Assembly (NCBI GenBank): GCA_050084515.1
Contig: CM114271.1
Span: forward strand, 29,822,001-29,886,000
From: Blasia pusilla
Taxonomy: Eukaryota
Reading direction: 5' to 3'
DNA length: 64,000 nucleotides
A program made the position numbers and the translations under genes. Below are positions 1 to 13,240 of this stretch, in pieces. Within the stretch, counting starts at the first letter, position 1. Each line of letters opens with the position of its first letter. Below the pieces are notes generated by a model. The model ran no database searches. It had not been told where the DNA came from and saw only the letters and a list, made by a program, of their open reading frames with translations.

Positions 1-1377
1 CTTCAAAATTAAACACCAAAGATGAATCTGTGCGAATCAATTTGACGCTTAATGAATAGGCATGAAATCGCACGGCTGCATTGTTTTGGTGTGCCTGGCT
101 ACTAGGTCATGATAGCGCTTGTGTCCTCAACGAATCACTACCATACTCACCTCGGCATGAGGCACTACAATCGCCCGCTTACTGCACAGCCAATGAAGGT
201 GAAAGGTTTGAAAGTATCACGTACAACGACAGTCACGGTAGATCTCAGTCCACAACTCCTTCACAAGTTCTTACGAAGTTGTATCCTTTCGTCAAGCGGA
301 ATGAATCGACTGGCTGAGCTTGTATCAGTGATTACATTATGCGTTGGGAGCCAAAGCTTTCAACATCAAGCTACCATGCTTGCCTGGTAGCTTGAGAGTC
401 GATCTCTAGAGGTTTTCTAGCAACAAAACCAGTGTGCGGCCCTTTGAGAGGGGATAGAAAATAATTCATAATTAAATACGTGTTCAATGACAAGCAGAAT
501 TCTGGAAGAGCGCGTATGCTCGAAGCAATTATGTCGAGCAAGATTGTGTGGAACCCCGCAACTTCATGTATTTGTGTGAAGCATGGAAGAAGGACCGAGC
601 TCTTCAATCGCTCGAATTGGAGAGCACAGTTCGCTGAGGTAGGAAAAGCTTCGAAATGCCAACCGACGCTGACTTCCAGCTCTGCACGAGCTGCAAACTG
701 GGGAAGATCGGTTCTTTTGAGGGAGAATTAATATTCATAATCTCCTCTTATTTGTGTCTGTTTGGACGTTGACGGAATGTCGGTCATCAAATTCTTGCTC
801 CTCATGGATCGAGTAGGCAGCTAGACCTCCCTTCTCCGTTTTTCCTCTATCAATGAGCTGTCTCTGCTTCACCTTTTGGATCGCCACACTCAAATGGGCC
901 GTGTGGAGTGAAGCAGATTTTCACTCATCCTGATCTCTCTTTCATCCGCCTTCAACTAATTCTTCCTGTCTCAAATTTTCAGCTGTTCCTCCCCATATGC
1001 ATTGAGTTTCTAGCAATCCAGCAGATCCGTAATTCCCTCGCTCTTCTGAATTCACATCTTTGTGGTGCTCACCATGCTTCCGATCGCCCACATAACGCAC
1101 TTTATCGTCTTTGTTGTCTCCCACCCACAGCCGAGAATTTGGCTTTCGTTCCGAGCTTAATTGTGACGGACGTAGACCAGAGTGTTCATTCACATGCCAC
1201 GGCTGATGAACTCGACAGTGCTGCTCGTGTGAATCACACCTACAGGTAGAAATGCTATCTCGGTTGTGGTCGTTGGAAAGTGCGTCGTCTACGTTGTGAC
1301 ACCCTGTTTAACCTGCAGGACGGAAAAAGCTGATCCGCACAGCCATTAACGCTGTGGATGAGGACCTTCATACAAGT

Positions 1378-3504
1378 GAGACGACTGACGCTTTGGAAAA
1401 AATGCGATAGCAAGTGGAATTAGCGGGCGGAGATGGCCAGGTAATTCTGAAATATATGGCCAGTATGCTGATCGATCACACAAGAAGCAACGAAATACTT
1501 TACGATTTTGTTGGTTTAGGGTGTAGAGCACATGCCAGAGTCGATCCATCGATTGTTAATTTCAAAGTGTACTGAAACGGAATCGATGAATCTGCACAGT
1601 TAGAAAGGGGTTGGTGGGTGTGCTTTCCCTTGGTGATGAAACCGATGTTGAATTGAGCGATGAAGGCTGATGATGACATCCAACTCTGCAATTCTTGCGA
1701 GCAAGTTCTATGGACATGGTGAAAGCTGCGACTGCATTCGTGGATCATCAGAAATGGCGATCCGAATTAGTGCCGAATGGTCGTTTCACCGAAGCTGATT
1801 TGCCCGCGGACCTTCACACAAAGAAATCATATTGGATAAGCAAAGTCAAACAGGGTCGTCCTGCACTCGTCACTCTTCGTGTACAACAAGAATGATTTTG
1901 ACGAATTTAAGCGTACACATCCAAACCTCACAATGCTCTTCAATGCCGAATCTCTCTTAGTGATGGTTATAGCATCCGGATGCTCCAACTTTTTATCCAA
2001 GATAGATTCATAATCCGCATTCTAGGATTACCATGCAGTCTATCCCAGGCTATAAACGTGTGATGAACGTGCTTCCCTCATTCCTTCCCAACAAAGCTGA
2101 GCGTAGTCTTTGTTCCAAGTGAACTTATCAGATGTTGAAGTCATGCTCTTACGGTTTCGATCGTTGGTTTGTGGCAGGTTTCATCATCTATGCACTTGAC
2201 AAGGTTATTTCTGGGTGAACTTTCAAACGTGTGAAATTTTTTTTGACCAGACTCCAACTTCATGCATCTGTTCAGTTTCGATGTGACGTCATAATTTTTT
2301 CTTGGATTGTTGGTTATCTTCGAAGGCAAAGCAGTGACTACTCAATCTTTGTTAGAACCATCAATTCTGCTAATTTGGACACTTCTTTCAACCAGAGAGA
2401 TTTTCTCAATTGTAACGAACACCACCGCGATTTGCTGCCATCATCCTTGTGTTTCTATCGCATAGCACCTCCAGGGACTCCTGATTTGTCGCCAACGTGC
2501 ACTGTAAAGTAATGTGAATGAAGAATGTAGACTCCAAAATTTTCCTAGCTTGAAGAGTTCAAATTCCTTGCGAGCAAGGAATTTGAACTCTTCATGATAA
2601 TTTTTAATTTCTATTATTCTATAAGAACAATAGAAATTAAAAAGAAAGAGAATTGGTTTAGAAAATAGACTGCCCGACAACAAGAAAAAAATTTGAATTT
2701 ATGTACAATATCATATAACTAAAAGGCACACGTGTAATACATAGAAAATAAAAAAATGTTTGAAGAGTTGATGTATAGCCCGCGAAAAGAAAAGATTAAT
2801 GATGTTGCACATGTGGACAGAAAAAAAATATTTGAATTTATGTAACATCATTAATATTATGTGAATTATAATATGTGAAACATTTTCTTGCTACCCAGAT
2901 GCCACATGTCAAACATAAAAATGTTTCCAAATCAAAAAGGCACTTTCCCATAATAATATAGATGTAGAGGGGCGGAAACGTTATGCAATCTTAAGTGTCT
3001 ACGGGAATGACTCATTCTACACTCACCTGTACGACCACAAACCGCATCTTCTCATGGTGTCTGCTAGAGATTTTCCTTCAGATTACTCTTGCCTAACAAT
3101 AAGTTGCCAATTCTGAAATTCTGATTTCATGTGCAGGACCATTATCCTGGACTTGTTGACAAGATCTTCATGGTCAACGTGCTTTCGATCTTCAATGGTC
3201 TTTGGAAAGTTGTGAGCCTCTTCATAGATGAAGGCACAAAGAAAAGAGTAGGTCTCGTAACTTCATTACACGACCATGTAGATTGATGTTCTTTGACCTG
3301 ATGCGTAGGTGGGCAAATTGCTAGGTCTGGTAAGGTGTGGAAGCTATGGAGAACTCATCTGGTTGTTCACCGTTGTTGCTTATCTGTCGACAAGAAGAAC
3401 CTGACGGAAACCCTTCTTACTGATTTTTATATGGAAGATCTGCCAAAGGAGTAAGATGGGAATGCTGAACTTGTACTCCAGCATGATGTTGTCATTCCGC
3501 AATG
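1378..3504 (+). pseudogene. CRAL-TRIO/Sec14-like lipid-binding protein pseudogene (multi-exon)
   Basis: Exon-like pieces translate to FLRASSMDMVKAATAFVDHQKWRSELVPNG...KQGRPALV (~1690-1880), FIIYALDKVIS (~2180), DHYPGLVDKIFMVNVLSIFNGLWKVVSLFIDEGTKKR (3137-3247, AG/GT flanked) and LLTDFYMEDLPKE*DGNAELV (~3410-3480). These match plant CRAL-TRIO motifs. In-frame stops and a frameshift are present. Confidence 0.8.
2690..2962 (-). mobile_element. Helitron-like AT-rich repeat fragment inside an intron of the Sec14 pseudogene
   Basis: Homologous to the 53690-54650 array unit (gtatagcccg...gattaatgatg...aatcaaaaaggcactttcccataataatataga). Begins A|TCTATATTATTATGGG on the minus strand, a typical Helitron 5' end. 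Confidence 0.5.
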
Positions 3505-5117
3505 ATCGCGATATTCTCATTTCCAATCATGGAGAGACCTGAAAATTGGAATCTAGCAACGTCAGCAAGGATCTTCCGTGGGAAGAGGTACTTGCCCGAT
3601 GCCTTGAATGAATGCAGTCCCCGGGTCTCTTCGTCTCGGCCAAATTCTCGGCAACAGTATATGTGTCGGGACCAAACCACCATATCATCATCCCATCAAG
3701 TGCTCCTCTGTTTCCTCTCATCCCAGTCTGCAATGATGCAACTGTATCATGGGTTCCAAAATCCCTCCAATGCAATTGATGAATGGAAGTAGAGCGAAAA
3801 GAAAGATTCACGCCAGAAAAGTTGCTGCGAATGTAGTTCACCTGAGGATCTACTTGCGAGAATATCAAGTCCTTACGTCATGGACACAGGAAGACAGATT
3901 GCATGGGCCGAACACCGACATTGTTTGGCAGTCATTGAACCAATGTTCCATCATTGTGTCAAAATCCATTCCAATAATCGAATACTTCACATGAGAGCAG
4001 AAGTTACTACTTAGAAGGTTCCTTCCCCTCTCGGTCAGAGCTTATTATCGTGTATTTTTTTTCCACTCTCCCGAGTCCCCGCTTCTATTTTCCTCTCATC
4101 CCTTTTGTATGCAGGACTGTCTTTTCTCGTCACATGAAAGCAGAATGCACCTGCGAAATGAACCATCCACTATGCCCTAGACTTGGTTTTAAACATTGGA
4201 AATTCTTGAGAAATTCATATCCAGAACGTAGCACTAGCACACTTCAAATCATAGCCCGGATGAAGGGAGGCTGCGTCCAAGTGTGCACTCAGATAACGAA
4301 TGCATGCGGCAGATTATTGACAAGAGACTAAGAATAGGAAAGGTAAGAAATTTTGAAAATCAATTTCAACCGACGACACCGGAAGTTCCGGTGGCAATTT
4401 TTATCCGGATGGGACAAAGGCGATCTTTAACATGCTCTACTCATTCGTAGGAACTCAGGCAATGCACTTCGTTTCTGTTGCACCTCAAATGTTGGTACAC
4501 AAAGAACCAGTCAGAACACTGCGCAAGCAACCGGCACCATCAGCAACAAAATACGAGCTCTGCTTTTTCGTTCAGTGTCCATCACGAGATCACCCTTTGC
4601 CCTGAATCCGTTCGATAATCATTTATGGACGAGGACTGGAACATCCGCGCATGCCTCACTGGACAATCTGCACATCTATGCAGACGGTGTTGGCTACAGG
4701 AGTTGACACTCAGGAGTCAGTTTGTATTGGTCTTTTTGCGAATATCGTCCTGATCTAAACTAAAAATGTCTACGACCAGTTTCAGATCAGATGTATCACG
4801 AACTAATGCATTCTAGTCATTAATAATAACTAGTTTCACACTGGTATTCTTACACGAAATCCACGTAAATCAATTCTTTCACAATAAGAAACTGAAACTC
4901 GAGAGTATTAATTATATCGACGAATTCCACATTATCTTGATTTATAAGAATTTTTCTTATGAGAGAAAATTGAATAAGGGGAAGATAATCGCAAATGATA
5001 AATTTTCCGAGTGAGGGTTTTCTCATAAAACAAATTTGATTTGATTTTTGATTGAAGAGGGATGGAGAAACAAGGAATAAATTTATAGTAAGGTAAGTTT
5101 CCCTAAAAATAGCAATC

Positions 5118-5520
5118 TTGATGGTAACCTACGCGCACAGGTTATCAAGGGCGGATGACCTCCTCAACAAGTCATTGTGCTATCAAAGACCAAAAGAGGA
5201 AAGTCGCCAAAAACGACGATCTCGACACAATGGACCCATCCTCAACCTCATCCGACATCTTGGGATGAAGTTACACTTAAGACAATCCGCTGGCTCTCTA
5301 TGCCGTCGTCGTGATAGATCTCTACTTATTGACTACTAAGATGTGACAACTGTGATGCGCATACATATTGCTACACAATACACATCAATGGTCACATCCA
5401 CACCACACAACATTGAGCTTCCCCGACACACGGATAGATCCACACATGTATAAAAATCAACTCAGGTATGTACGTCGAGATGACACAACCGCTCTCCTAA
5501 TTGACAGTTGGATCCTCCAA
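5118..5520 (-). mobile_element. Diverged fragment of the A/B terminal-repeat family containing a B-GT-A junction
   Basis: gatgtgaca-ac-tgtgatgcgcatacatattgctacacaa (junction at 5340-5360) matches the junction at 19350-19390. Confidence 0.65.
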
Positions 5521-5642
5521 ATATAGATAGTAGATATTGTAGAAAAACTGCTAAAGAAGCATAACTAATGGGATACGCACAATGATGAATCCATCATTGT
5601 GTTCCATAGCCCCCACATTGTCAGATAATTTCATATTTGGCA

Positions 5643-6188
5643 TGTTGAAATTTGTTAATATCTAGTTTAGTCATGCTCTAAAAATAATTAGTCAGATACT
5701 AACTTAGTTGGATACTAATTTAGTTAGTTAGAGATAATTTAGTGTTCCTCTATCTTTTAGGGTAACTTTGAATTAGGGCAATTCTCGAGTTAGGGTTAGC
5801 CACCATCTGTTATTTAGGGTATGGATCTGTTCAAGAAGATCTAAGGGCCAGAAGTGCTCACCCTGATGTATATAATGTCTCTGTTTAGAAAGCAGAAGCC
5901 AATTCTACAAAGATGCACAATTTTGGTGAGGACTCTGAGGCTCTTGGTCCCGCCAGAGTGATCGAAAGTAGGAAGAGGAGATTGAGACTAATTGCTGTGC
6001 TTGCTAGAGCCTCACCTGGAAGGCAGGTTGTTTTGTCTAGTATCTTTGATGGAGATTGTTTGTGCTCAATGGTGAGCCATGTCTGATCTCCGAGTGGTGA
6101 CATGTGAGAACCTGTCAGAGTGTGAGTGCAAGGTGTGGTGAGTAGAATCCTTCTTAGTATCTCTTAGATAGTAAGAAGAGTCACATCA
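5643..6188. mobile_element. Solo LTR
   Basis: TGTTG...CATCA termini; 5-bp target duplication TGGCA (5638-5642) / TGGTA (6189-6193) with one transition; internal TATATAA. Confidence 0.65.
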
Positions 6189-8943
6189 TGGTAGGCTCTG
6201 ATTTGGCAATAGAGATAGGAATTGATTTGCTGATTGTGTACAAGCTGAAATCATGGATGGTCTAGCTGATGCTAGCTCTGACTTTGTACAAGGAGATACT
6301 TCTGCTGGTCAAGCATATTCTCATGGCAGTCGCAGCATTTATGATATTCACATTCACTTAAGGAATTTCCAATCATGCGCTGGATGAATAGGATTATCTA
6401 ATATCGCCATTTATGCATGTCTTAACTATTACAAACTTTACAACAACAAAGTAGACTTGTGGGACCCTATTCACCATATGCATCTTTCTCTGTACAAGTG
6501 GTTCAGTACTTTGCTTTGTTAGTGGCTAATCTCTTCTCCTATACTTCACAGTTTCGTTGCATAAAAGTGTAGTCACATTCAGACATTCAGTTGCCTCCCC
6601 ATCTGCATCTTGGGCAGATGGGGAGGCAAATGTTCTAGTCAGAGACCGGACATATCTGTTGCCTCCCCATCCGGATCTTGAGCCAGTTACGCTCCTTCAT
6701 TTGATACTTTTGATGCAATAACAGGTGCACCTGAACTACGTTGGCTCGAAGGAAAGGCAGATCCGTGTGCACTATGGCTGCCTTCTAAGTGTCTTGCTGG
6801 TGAAATCAGGTATGCTTCACTTTCAAGCCTGAGCGAATCAGAAATGTGTACCAGTTTTGCGTAACTTTCTTCCAAAGTTGCTAGCTTTGCTGTTATATGT
6901 CGTTTCTCTCTGTCAAGGGCCCCTTCGGCCGCCAGGATTCCATGCGACTCTGTTGTTGGAACAGTTTCACAGTTGAGGCAATAGGAGTCTGGGCATGCCA
7001 TCAACGAAACCTTTCAGTTGACTAAGAGTGGATCTCACAAGACAGGGTAGTGATCAAATTTTCAGCTCTAAACGGCTGCCAACTTACATCATATCTAATA
7101 GTACGCCAGTTTGCTGCATCCCCTGTAAGCACTCTCCCACAACAACGGAATTTCGTGCGCAATCAACCAAATTGTCAGTAAGAGTGTTCAGAAGGTAAAT
7201 TCAATCAGCATTGAACAGGTGGTGGTCTCAAAGGATGGCCCACAGAATATCTTGAGTAGCTTAACATAGAAACTAGGAATGCTCATCCGTGACCCAACTT
7301 TATTCATCAAAGCTTGTGATAACACCTACTGATGGGATGACATAATCTAGCTTATTCTCTGCTGATGTCTAGTTCTAGTAAAATCTAGTTAGTTTTGTTA
7401 ACTACGGTTACCTGTTTACCACTGTTAAAATCCTCTGAGCTTATTTAGATTGATTGTTACTATCTACTCATCCAGTTAGAATCCTGCTCCTGATGTGGTG
7501 TTCTTGTGTGCTGGCCTGCTCCTAAATGTGCTAGCTCTTACCACCTTGCCCTGCCATGCAAAGGTTTCTTTTGCTGCGCGCAACCCACCTCCCACCCGTC
7601 TTGCTGGGGACTTTTTTAGTCTTCCCTCTTTCCTGCTCAGCTTGATTCACTTCTAGCTACTGCCCTCTAAGGTAGTGTGTTTCGAGATTATCTTCTAAAC
7701 ACCTGAAGGTCTGCTGGTTCCTTGGTCAACCAAGGACATACGTTTCGGTGTGGAGGATGCTCCTGAACCAATCTGTCACATAGTGCTGCATGTTGGTTCC
7801 ATTCACACCGGCTCAGGTCCTGTGTATTCTAATCAGGCGCTGCTCTGTTCAGCAACCCACTCTCACTAGAACTTGCAGAGATACTCTCCATGCAATCCCT
7901 GACTCTTCCAGGGTTGTAAGTGATTACCGTCTTGTACATGGTTCAGTGGAAGATCCTGGCAGGATGTACTCCCTTTCTAGACTTTAAGAGTTTTGAAGAT
8001 CAGATCTGAGAGAAGTAGCATTCTGATTTCAACAAAAGAACAGACAAAGACCAGAGAAACTATGTTTTACACTGGGATGATGTTACATCACTGGCCGTTG
8101 CGAGATTGGAGAAGAAATATTTGATTGCAAGACTTGACCACCATTCAAAGCGTCTGTTTCAAGGAAGTCTATCTTTGCTCCATCCCATACCTCAGCAACA
8201 GTATCACTCTGCAATCTATTTTGTGGCAGCTGGCCATTGCCAGGTTCATTGTGGAGAGTGCTGCTCCTGTCTGGTAAATTATCTCCAAAACGCGATGTCT
8301 GGTAAAGTTTCCAAAACGCGATTGGACTTGCCTGATTGACCGGAAACTTTGAGAGAACCCCTCCCATCAACTTGTTCTCTGGAACTTGCGAATACCCTCG
8401 CCGCCTCTTTTGTAAGAATTGTTTAAAGCACAAATGCTCCTCACTTGCAAGACTGAACAACCCCCAGAGCATGTACATAATTGTTACTAATATAGAAATG
8501 ATAAGACCACGCTAGTTAAGCATTTTTGCCATGCACTTAACTGTAAACTCGGTAAGCTTGACATCCACTTTCCAAAACCAGTATCTGTTGCGCAGAGGTA
8601 GAAAAACCCGATTGGTCAGGAATTCTTGATTGGTAGATGCAGCACCACAAAGCGAGCCACTAGTTCCTCCGGCATGAGCAGACTTAACAAGTTTATTGAG
8701 AGCCAAGCTTTTTCTCACCTTCAAAAGAACCTGCTCTGGTGACTTTCACCGGAGCAGAACAGAGAACAAGAGTACCACTCGCGAGATCTTCCTGACTGAG
8801 AAATGAATCAGATTTCAATCCCAATTGGGGTCCAGTCTTAGAGCGACACAGAAACTCGTTGAAATTGCCAACACCCTCTGGGCTGCCAGATGCATCTCCA
8901 CATTGTTCAGAAAAGTAACTTATTTCTGATGTGGAAGGAAACC

Positions 8944-9186
8944 CAGTCGCTGAACACATCATATAAGAGACAATAAACTTAGGGAACTGCATGGGCCGAA
9001 ATTTACACTACTCTAGTTCCAGTATTTAGGTCCATTCTAATTCTCACATTACAAGGATTCAGCAATCAGTCGCTGAACACGCTATGTAAGAGAATCAATT
9101 TAGGGACCAGCGTAGGCCAAAATTTACACGAGTCTAGTCCCCGTATTAGGTCCATTCTAATTATCACAGTACAAGGATTCAGCATC
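8944..9186. repeat. Two-copy ~122-bp tandem duplication
   Basis: cagtcgctgaacac...aggtccattctaatt.tcaca.tacaaggattcagca at 8944 and 9067. Confidence 0.85.
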
Positions 9187-9667
9187 AGCAAGAGTGCGGT
9201 AGCTAAGACCAGACGAATCATTCATAATGAAGCACCGAAATGGCGATGTATCTGCGCATCTGAAATTTCAATAAATAGGTCTTCGCCATCAGAGATTCCA
9301 GCGATAGTTTCATCTCAGAATACTGAGACGATCAAGAAATCACTACAGATGATCAGGACTGTAATGTCGACAAGTGATGACCAAAAGCTTCCAAAGATAT
9401 GCATGAAAGAAAACAAACCACTTTCCTGACGTTTCTGTCCATGAGTTGACAAAATCTTTCTTCTTCTAGGATCGACTTTATCAGTTTTAAGGACATATAT
9501 ACGGACAACACATGTACACTAAATCCTAGACATTATCAGACAGCTAATACAGGTTGGTCCAGGAGCTCAGGTCAGAGACACTTTCAAACACGAGAGTGAA
9601 CGACTTGGCTTACCTAGCAGAGGTCACCTAGTAGCTGTGTCAGCAAAGATTTGACTGTAGACACAAA

Positions 9668-9712
9668 GTTCACAGCCAGCGACTTCAAGTCTTGAAGTCG
9701 CTGGCTGTGAAC
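9668..9712. repeat. Perfect 45-bp palindrome (22-bp arms, 1-nt centre)
   Basis: gttcacagccagcgacttcaag-t-cttgaagtcgctggctgtgaac. Confidence 0.95.
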
Positions 9713-10808
9713 ATAAAAATAACGATAAAAAAACGACGTGGTTATGAACCAAATTTATCTATAGCAGGAGGATACATGTGATTTGATCAAATACAACGAT
9801 CTGCGAAGACTATATCTGTAGCACATGGACATGCCCTTAAGCGAGGCCTTAAGGCATTTATTTAATGTCATTGTGATCCATACCACCCGTTGAGGGTTTG
9901 GCTCGTGATGACTGCCTCTCTTCCTCCAAAACGTTCAGGTGAGCATTTATTTCCCGGCTGACAACAACAATCACAGGAAAATCAGTGAAGACGTCAGCTG
10001 GAAAGGATGTCAAACACCAATGAAATTTCCAGTTTTTGGCTTTGTGAGAATCTGTAATTTCAGGAACACAGAGACAGACATACAACCTACCTAAGTGAGA
10101 ACCTTGTCACTGACAGCAAAGGGAAACTGGACGCTCTTTGAGTGAGCAATGTCTCCACGGGCATTCTCCCCAGAGCCAAAATGAACCTTTCAAGATTCAT
10201 CCTCGTTCTTGTTTGCCAATGCCATGCTTGTGCACAAGCATGGCATTGACGAAAAATCCAGCGGGAAATAAGATTCTGAGTTATAAATTTTAATTGAAAT
10301 TCATCCAACAACTGTGCAGGAACAATGAGCATGCGCAGACAGTCAATCGCAGCTAAACACAGCAAGCACCAATTAGCATTTACTAAGGTTGGGTACGAAC
10401 GTAGTCGATTAAACATTTAGATCATGCAGACGTGCTGAACCGCATACAAAAAATAAAATAAAATGAAATAATGGATGAGCTAATAGCTTCTCTTAAGACC
10501 CAAATTTTACGTACAACAGATGCGAGACCATGAAAGACATGTGTTTACCCCATTGATCACTCAAACAACAATCAGCTTGGAATGATCATATGCCATGTGT
10601 CACCAACGGAACTCAATATCCGATAAACCACCAAGTATTAACTCTCATGTACGTATACTTGGACAGAACCCACACATAGAATAAAAAAGAAGGGAGACAG
10701 CTAAAATTCATCATTGACGATGTCATGTGATGTCATCATCTCGTCTGCATGAAGGCATATAAAGTGATGGATCAATCTAGCCTCCACACTGTTAAACAAT
10801 TGTGTGGG

Positions 10809-10929
10809 TTAACAATTGTAAGGGTTCCGGCCCATCTCATCCCACCTCATTTGTTGCGGTTTAACAATTGTTGGACGGAACCCTTACAATTGTTAAACCA
10901 CAACAAATGAGGTGGGATGAGATGGGCCG
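10809..10929. repeat. Nested inverted repeat
   Basis: 10828-10871 pairs with 10886-10929 (about 44 bp, 1 mismatch); ttaacaattgtaagggttccg pairs with cggaacccttacaattgttaa. Confidence 0.85.
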
Positions 10930-11500
10930 AGCCTCCAACCATGCACTAGCCCTTACACCACTACATGATCGACTATAGGCTCTCGATACCTTAGGTGTAT
11001 TGGATCCTAAATGAGTTTTGATGAAAGGTAACTATATAGATGGTCATAGAGGGTCAGATAATCCACTCTCCTCCATCATATATGTAGGGATAACCTCCTT
11101 GTGGAGCCTATCCCTACACTTGCGGAGTGCAAGTTGGAGTGGATATGATCCCTCTTGAACTTGCGAAAAAGTCTCTCAAGAGTGGAATGTGGTGTACTCC
11201 CAAGTGGGAGCTAAAAAATTGGGGCCACCAAACTCCATCAACCAAGGAATACTTAGGGAGCCGTCAACTCCTACATAACTATCAATACACCTAAAAACTG
11301 ACAAAAGCCAAGATGTTTGGGTCCTAGCCTTTACCTTGTCTAGGTCCTAGGAAAGCTCCAGGAAGTCCCACTCAAGACACTCAAAGACATCCATGAGGGT
11401 CGTGCCTAAGATCCTCAATCTAGCTTTAAAAGACTCTAAAGGGGCCATTGTGCAAACCCACTTTATTATAAAAGAAAACCTCGAAAGAGGACAAAGACAG

Positions 11501-11900
11501 CAAGGTTGCACGGAAACAAACTTGTCCAGACATGTTTGCAGACCTGCCATCCCGCTCCACACCCACATTTTTTTGGTAGCCAAGTCGCGAGGATGAGTTG
11601 TAGGCAACAAGTCGAGCATGGGCTTGCAGATAGAGGGGGGGTGGGGGCAGGGTTTGTGCCTATGTGCCCTGCACCCTGCCCATGCAAGAGGCCTAGGGAT
11701 GTGGATTGAAAAAAATTGGCCCGTACCTCTCTCATGCAAGCAAGGTATAAGGCGCGCGTGCACACATTGCCAAAAGCAGGGGGGTTTGCAAGAGGGACGT
11801 AGGCAAGGCGGGGTGCAAAGATGGGTTGGCAAGGGTCCAAGATTGGATGCAAAGATACATGCAAGGAGGACTCGGGGGTGCAAGATGCATGTAATCGAGC
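11501..11900. mobile_element. hAT-type MITE fragment (CAAGGTTGCAC TIR family)
   Basis: caaggttgcacggaaacaaac at 11501 followed by GC-rich subrepeats like 28805-29857 and 36017. The second TIR was not found. Confidence 0.5.
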
Positions 11901-11914
11901 CTGCACAAATATGT

Positions 11915-13240
11915 GTGTAGGAGTTCTCCATTCTCTTATTCTCCTTGATGCAAGATTTTGTGTAGCAAGTCATTGATTGTTGCCATTGGAAAGCATCACA
12001 CCTCCCCCTTTTTGGCTAAATTTCACCTTCCTAGAACACCACCTTCATAGCAATCCATCTTTCTTGTGCATTGTCAGCCATGAATCCATAAATTCCATAA
12101 AGTGGCCTTTTGTTTTCCTTCACCACCTCTAGTTGGAATAACCAACACATCTTCAAGGTGCCAACATACAAATATGGTTTTCAGTCCCTTCTCCACATTG
12201 TCATACATATGTGTATCCATGGTCAATCGTCCATACAAGACCATGTAGCAGATATCAAAGCTCAACTAGCTTCCAAACATATCTTCTCCTTCCCTCATTC
12301 TATCAATAAGATCAAGATCACCAGATGGTCCTCTAGAAGACATTTTAAATACATACACTCTAGATACCTTGCGTGCTTTGCCCATGAATTCCCATCTCTG
12401 AATAAATGGAAACTTGGAGTTTACTTTGAAAGGGTAATGGCATCCATCTTTGTGCTCTTTCCATAAAGTATTCGTGTTTGCTGCAACAAGTCCCTTAAAA
12501 AATTTGTATGAGCAAGAAGTGCAAGATTTTCCCAAAGTCATTTCTCCTCTACTATTGTGATCTCCCCTTCCAAGAATTTTATGGAAAATTTGTAAAGCCG
12601 TTTTGAGTTTGATCAGTCCAAGCTTAGAACCCGGAGAGTTTGTCTACACCTCAACCACTTTCTTGGCCACATCCTTCTTGATGTGTCTTTGAATGGCACC
12701 ACAAAAAGGGTGAGTCCAAGATCCAACATGAACCCACATCCTTGTGTACTTGGACGTAAAAGTGGTGTCATGCACTATGAAAAAATGTAAATAGAATATG
12801 CTCCAACACAAAAGCGGAGGCTTGACAATGAGGTGATCTATGGCCACTCGATGGTATGGTTGCAGTGACTGCGTAAGGAGTCTCTACATCTTTCGAGAGG
12901 AATTAGAAGGTATTTACTTCCCCATTTTTTTTCTAGGAAAGGGAAACGTGGACTTCTATACTCTAAAGCTTCAATGCATAGCGGCAAGACACAATCCATG
13001 GACTCTAGGATGACACAATCCATGAACTTTGGGAAGCACTAGTCTATTGAAGTTTGCATCATCGATGAAAGTCAAGTTTTTTGTCCATACCCTTCAAGGA
13101 TCCTCCATCTTTCTTTTGAGTAGGACCCGCCAATGGTGACAACCCAAAAATACAGTTTCCATTATAAGTTGTTGGCAACTCATCAACACCAATGTGCTTA
13201 AGTATTTTCAAGATAAGAGATGAAAGCAGCTATTGCGCAA
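11915..13240 (-). pseudogene. Degenerate MULE/Mutator-like DDE transposase
   Basis: Minus-strand pieces: LPTTYNGNCIFGL...GMDKKLDFHR, TRMWVHVGSWTHP, VFKMSSRGPSGDLDLIDRMREGED, THMYD, GFMAD (12073-12087), AFQWQQS (CxFHW-like). Multiple stops and frameshifts. Confidence 0.65.

Larger units (their letters stand above)
6687..10300 (-). pseudogene. Possible degenerate multi-exon gene of unknown function
   Basis: Several minus-strand ORFs (6687-7004, 8083-8478, 8693-8992, 9858-10085, 10087-10416) with protein-like composition and some plausible splice sites. No family recognised. Confidence 0.25.

Noticed and set aside
3500-4000. F-box-associated/kelch pseudogene fragment (SCEVFDYWNG, minus strand)
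   Set aside because: A single weak motif with multiple stops; cannot be supported.
11347-11973. 208-aa ORF
   Set aside because: Chimeric: a transposase remnant reading into GC-rich MITE repeats.
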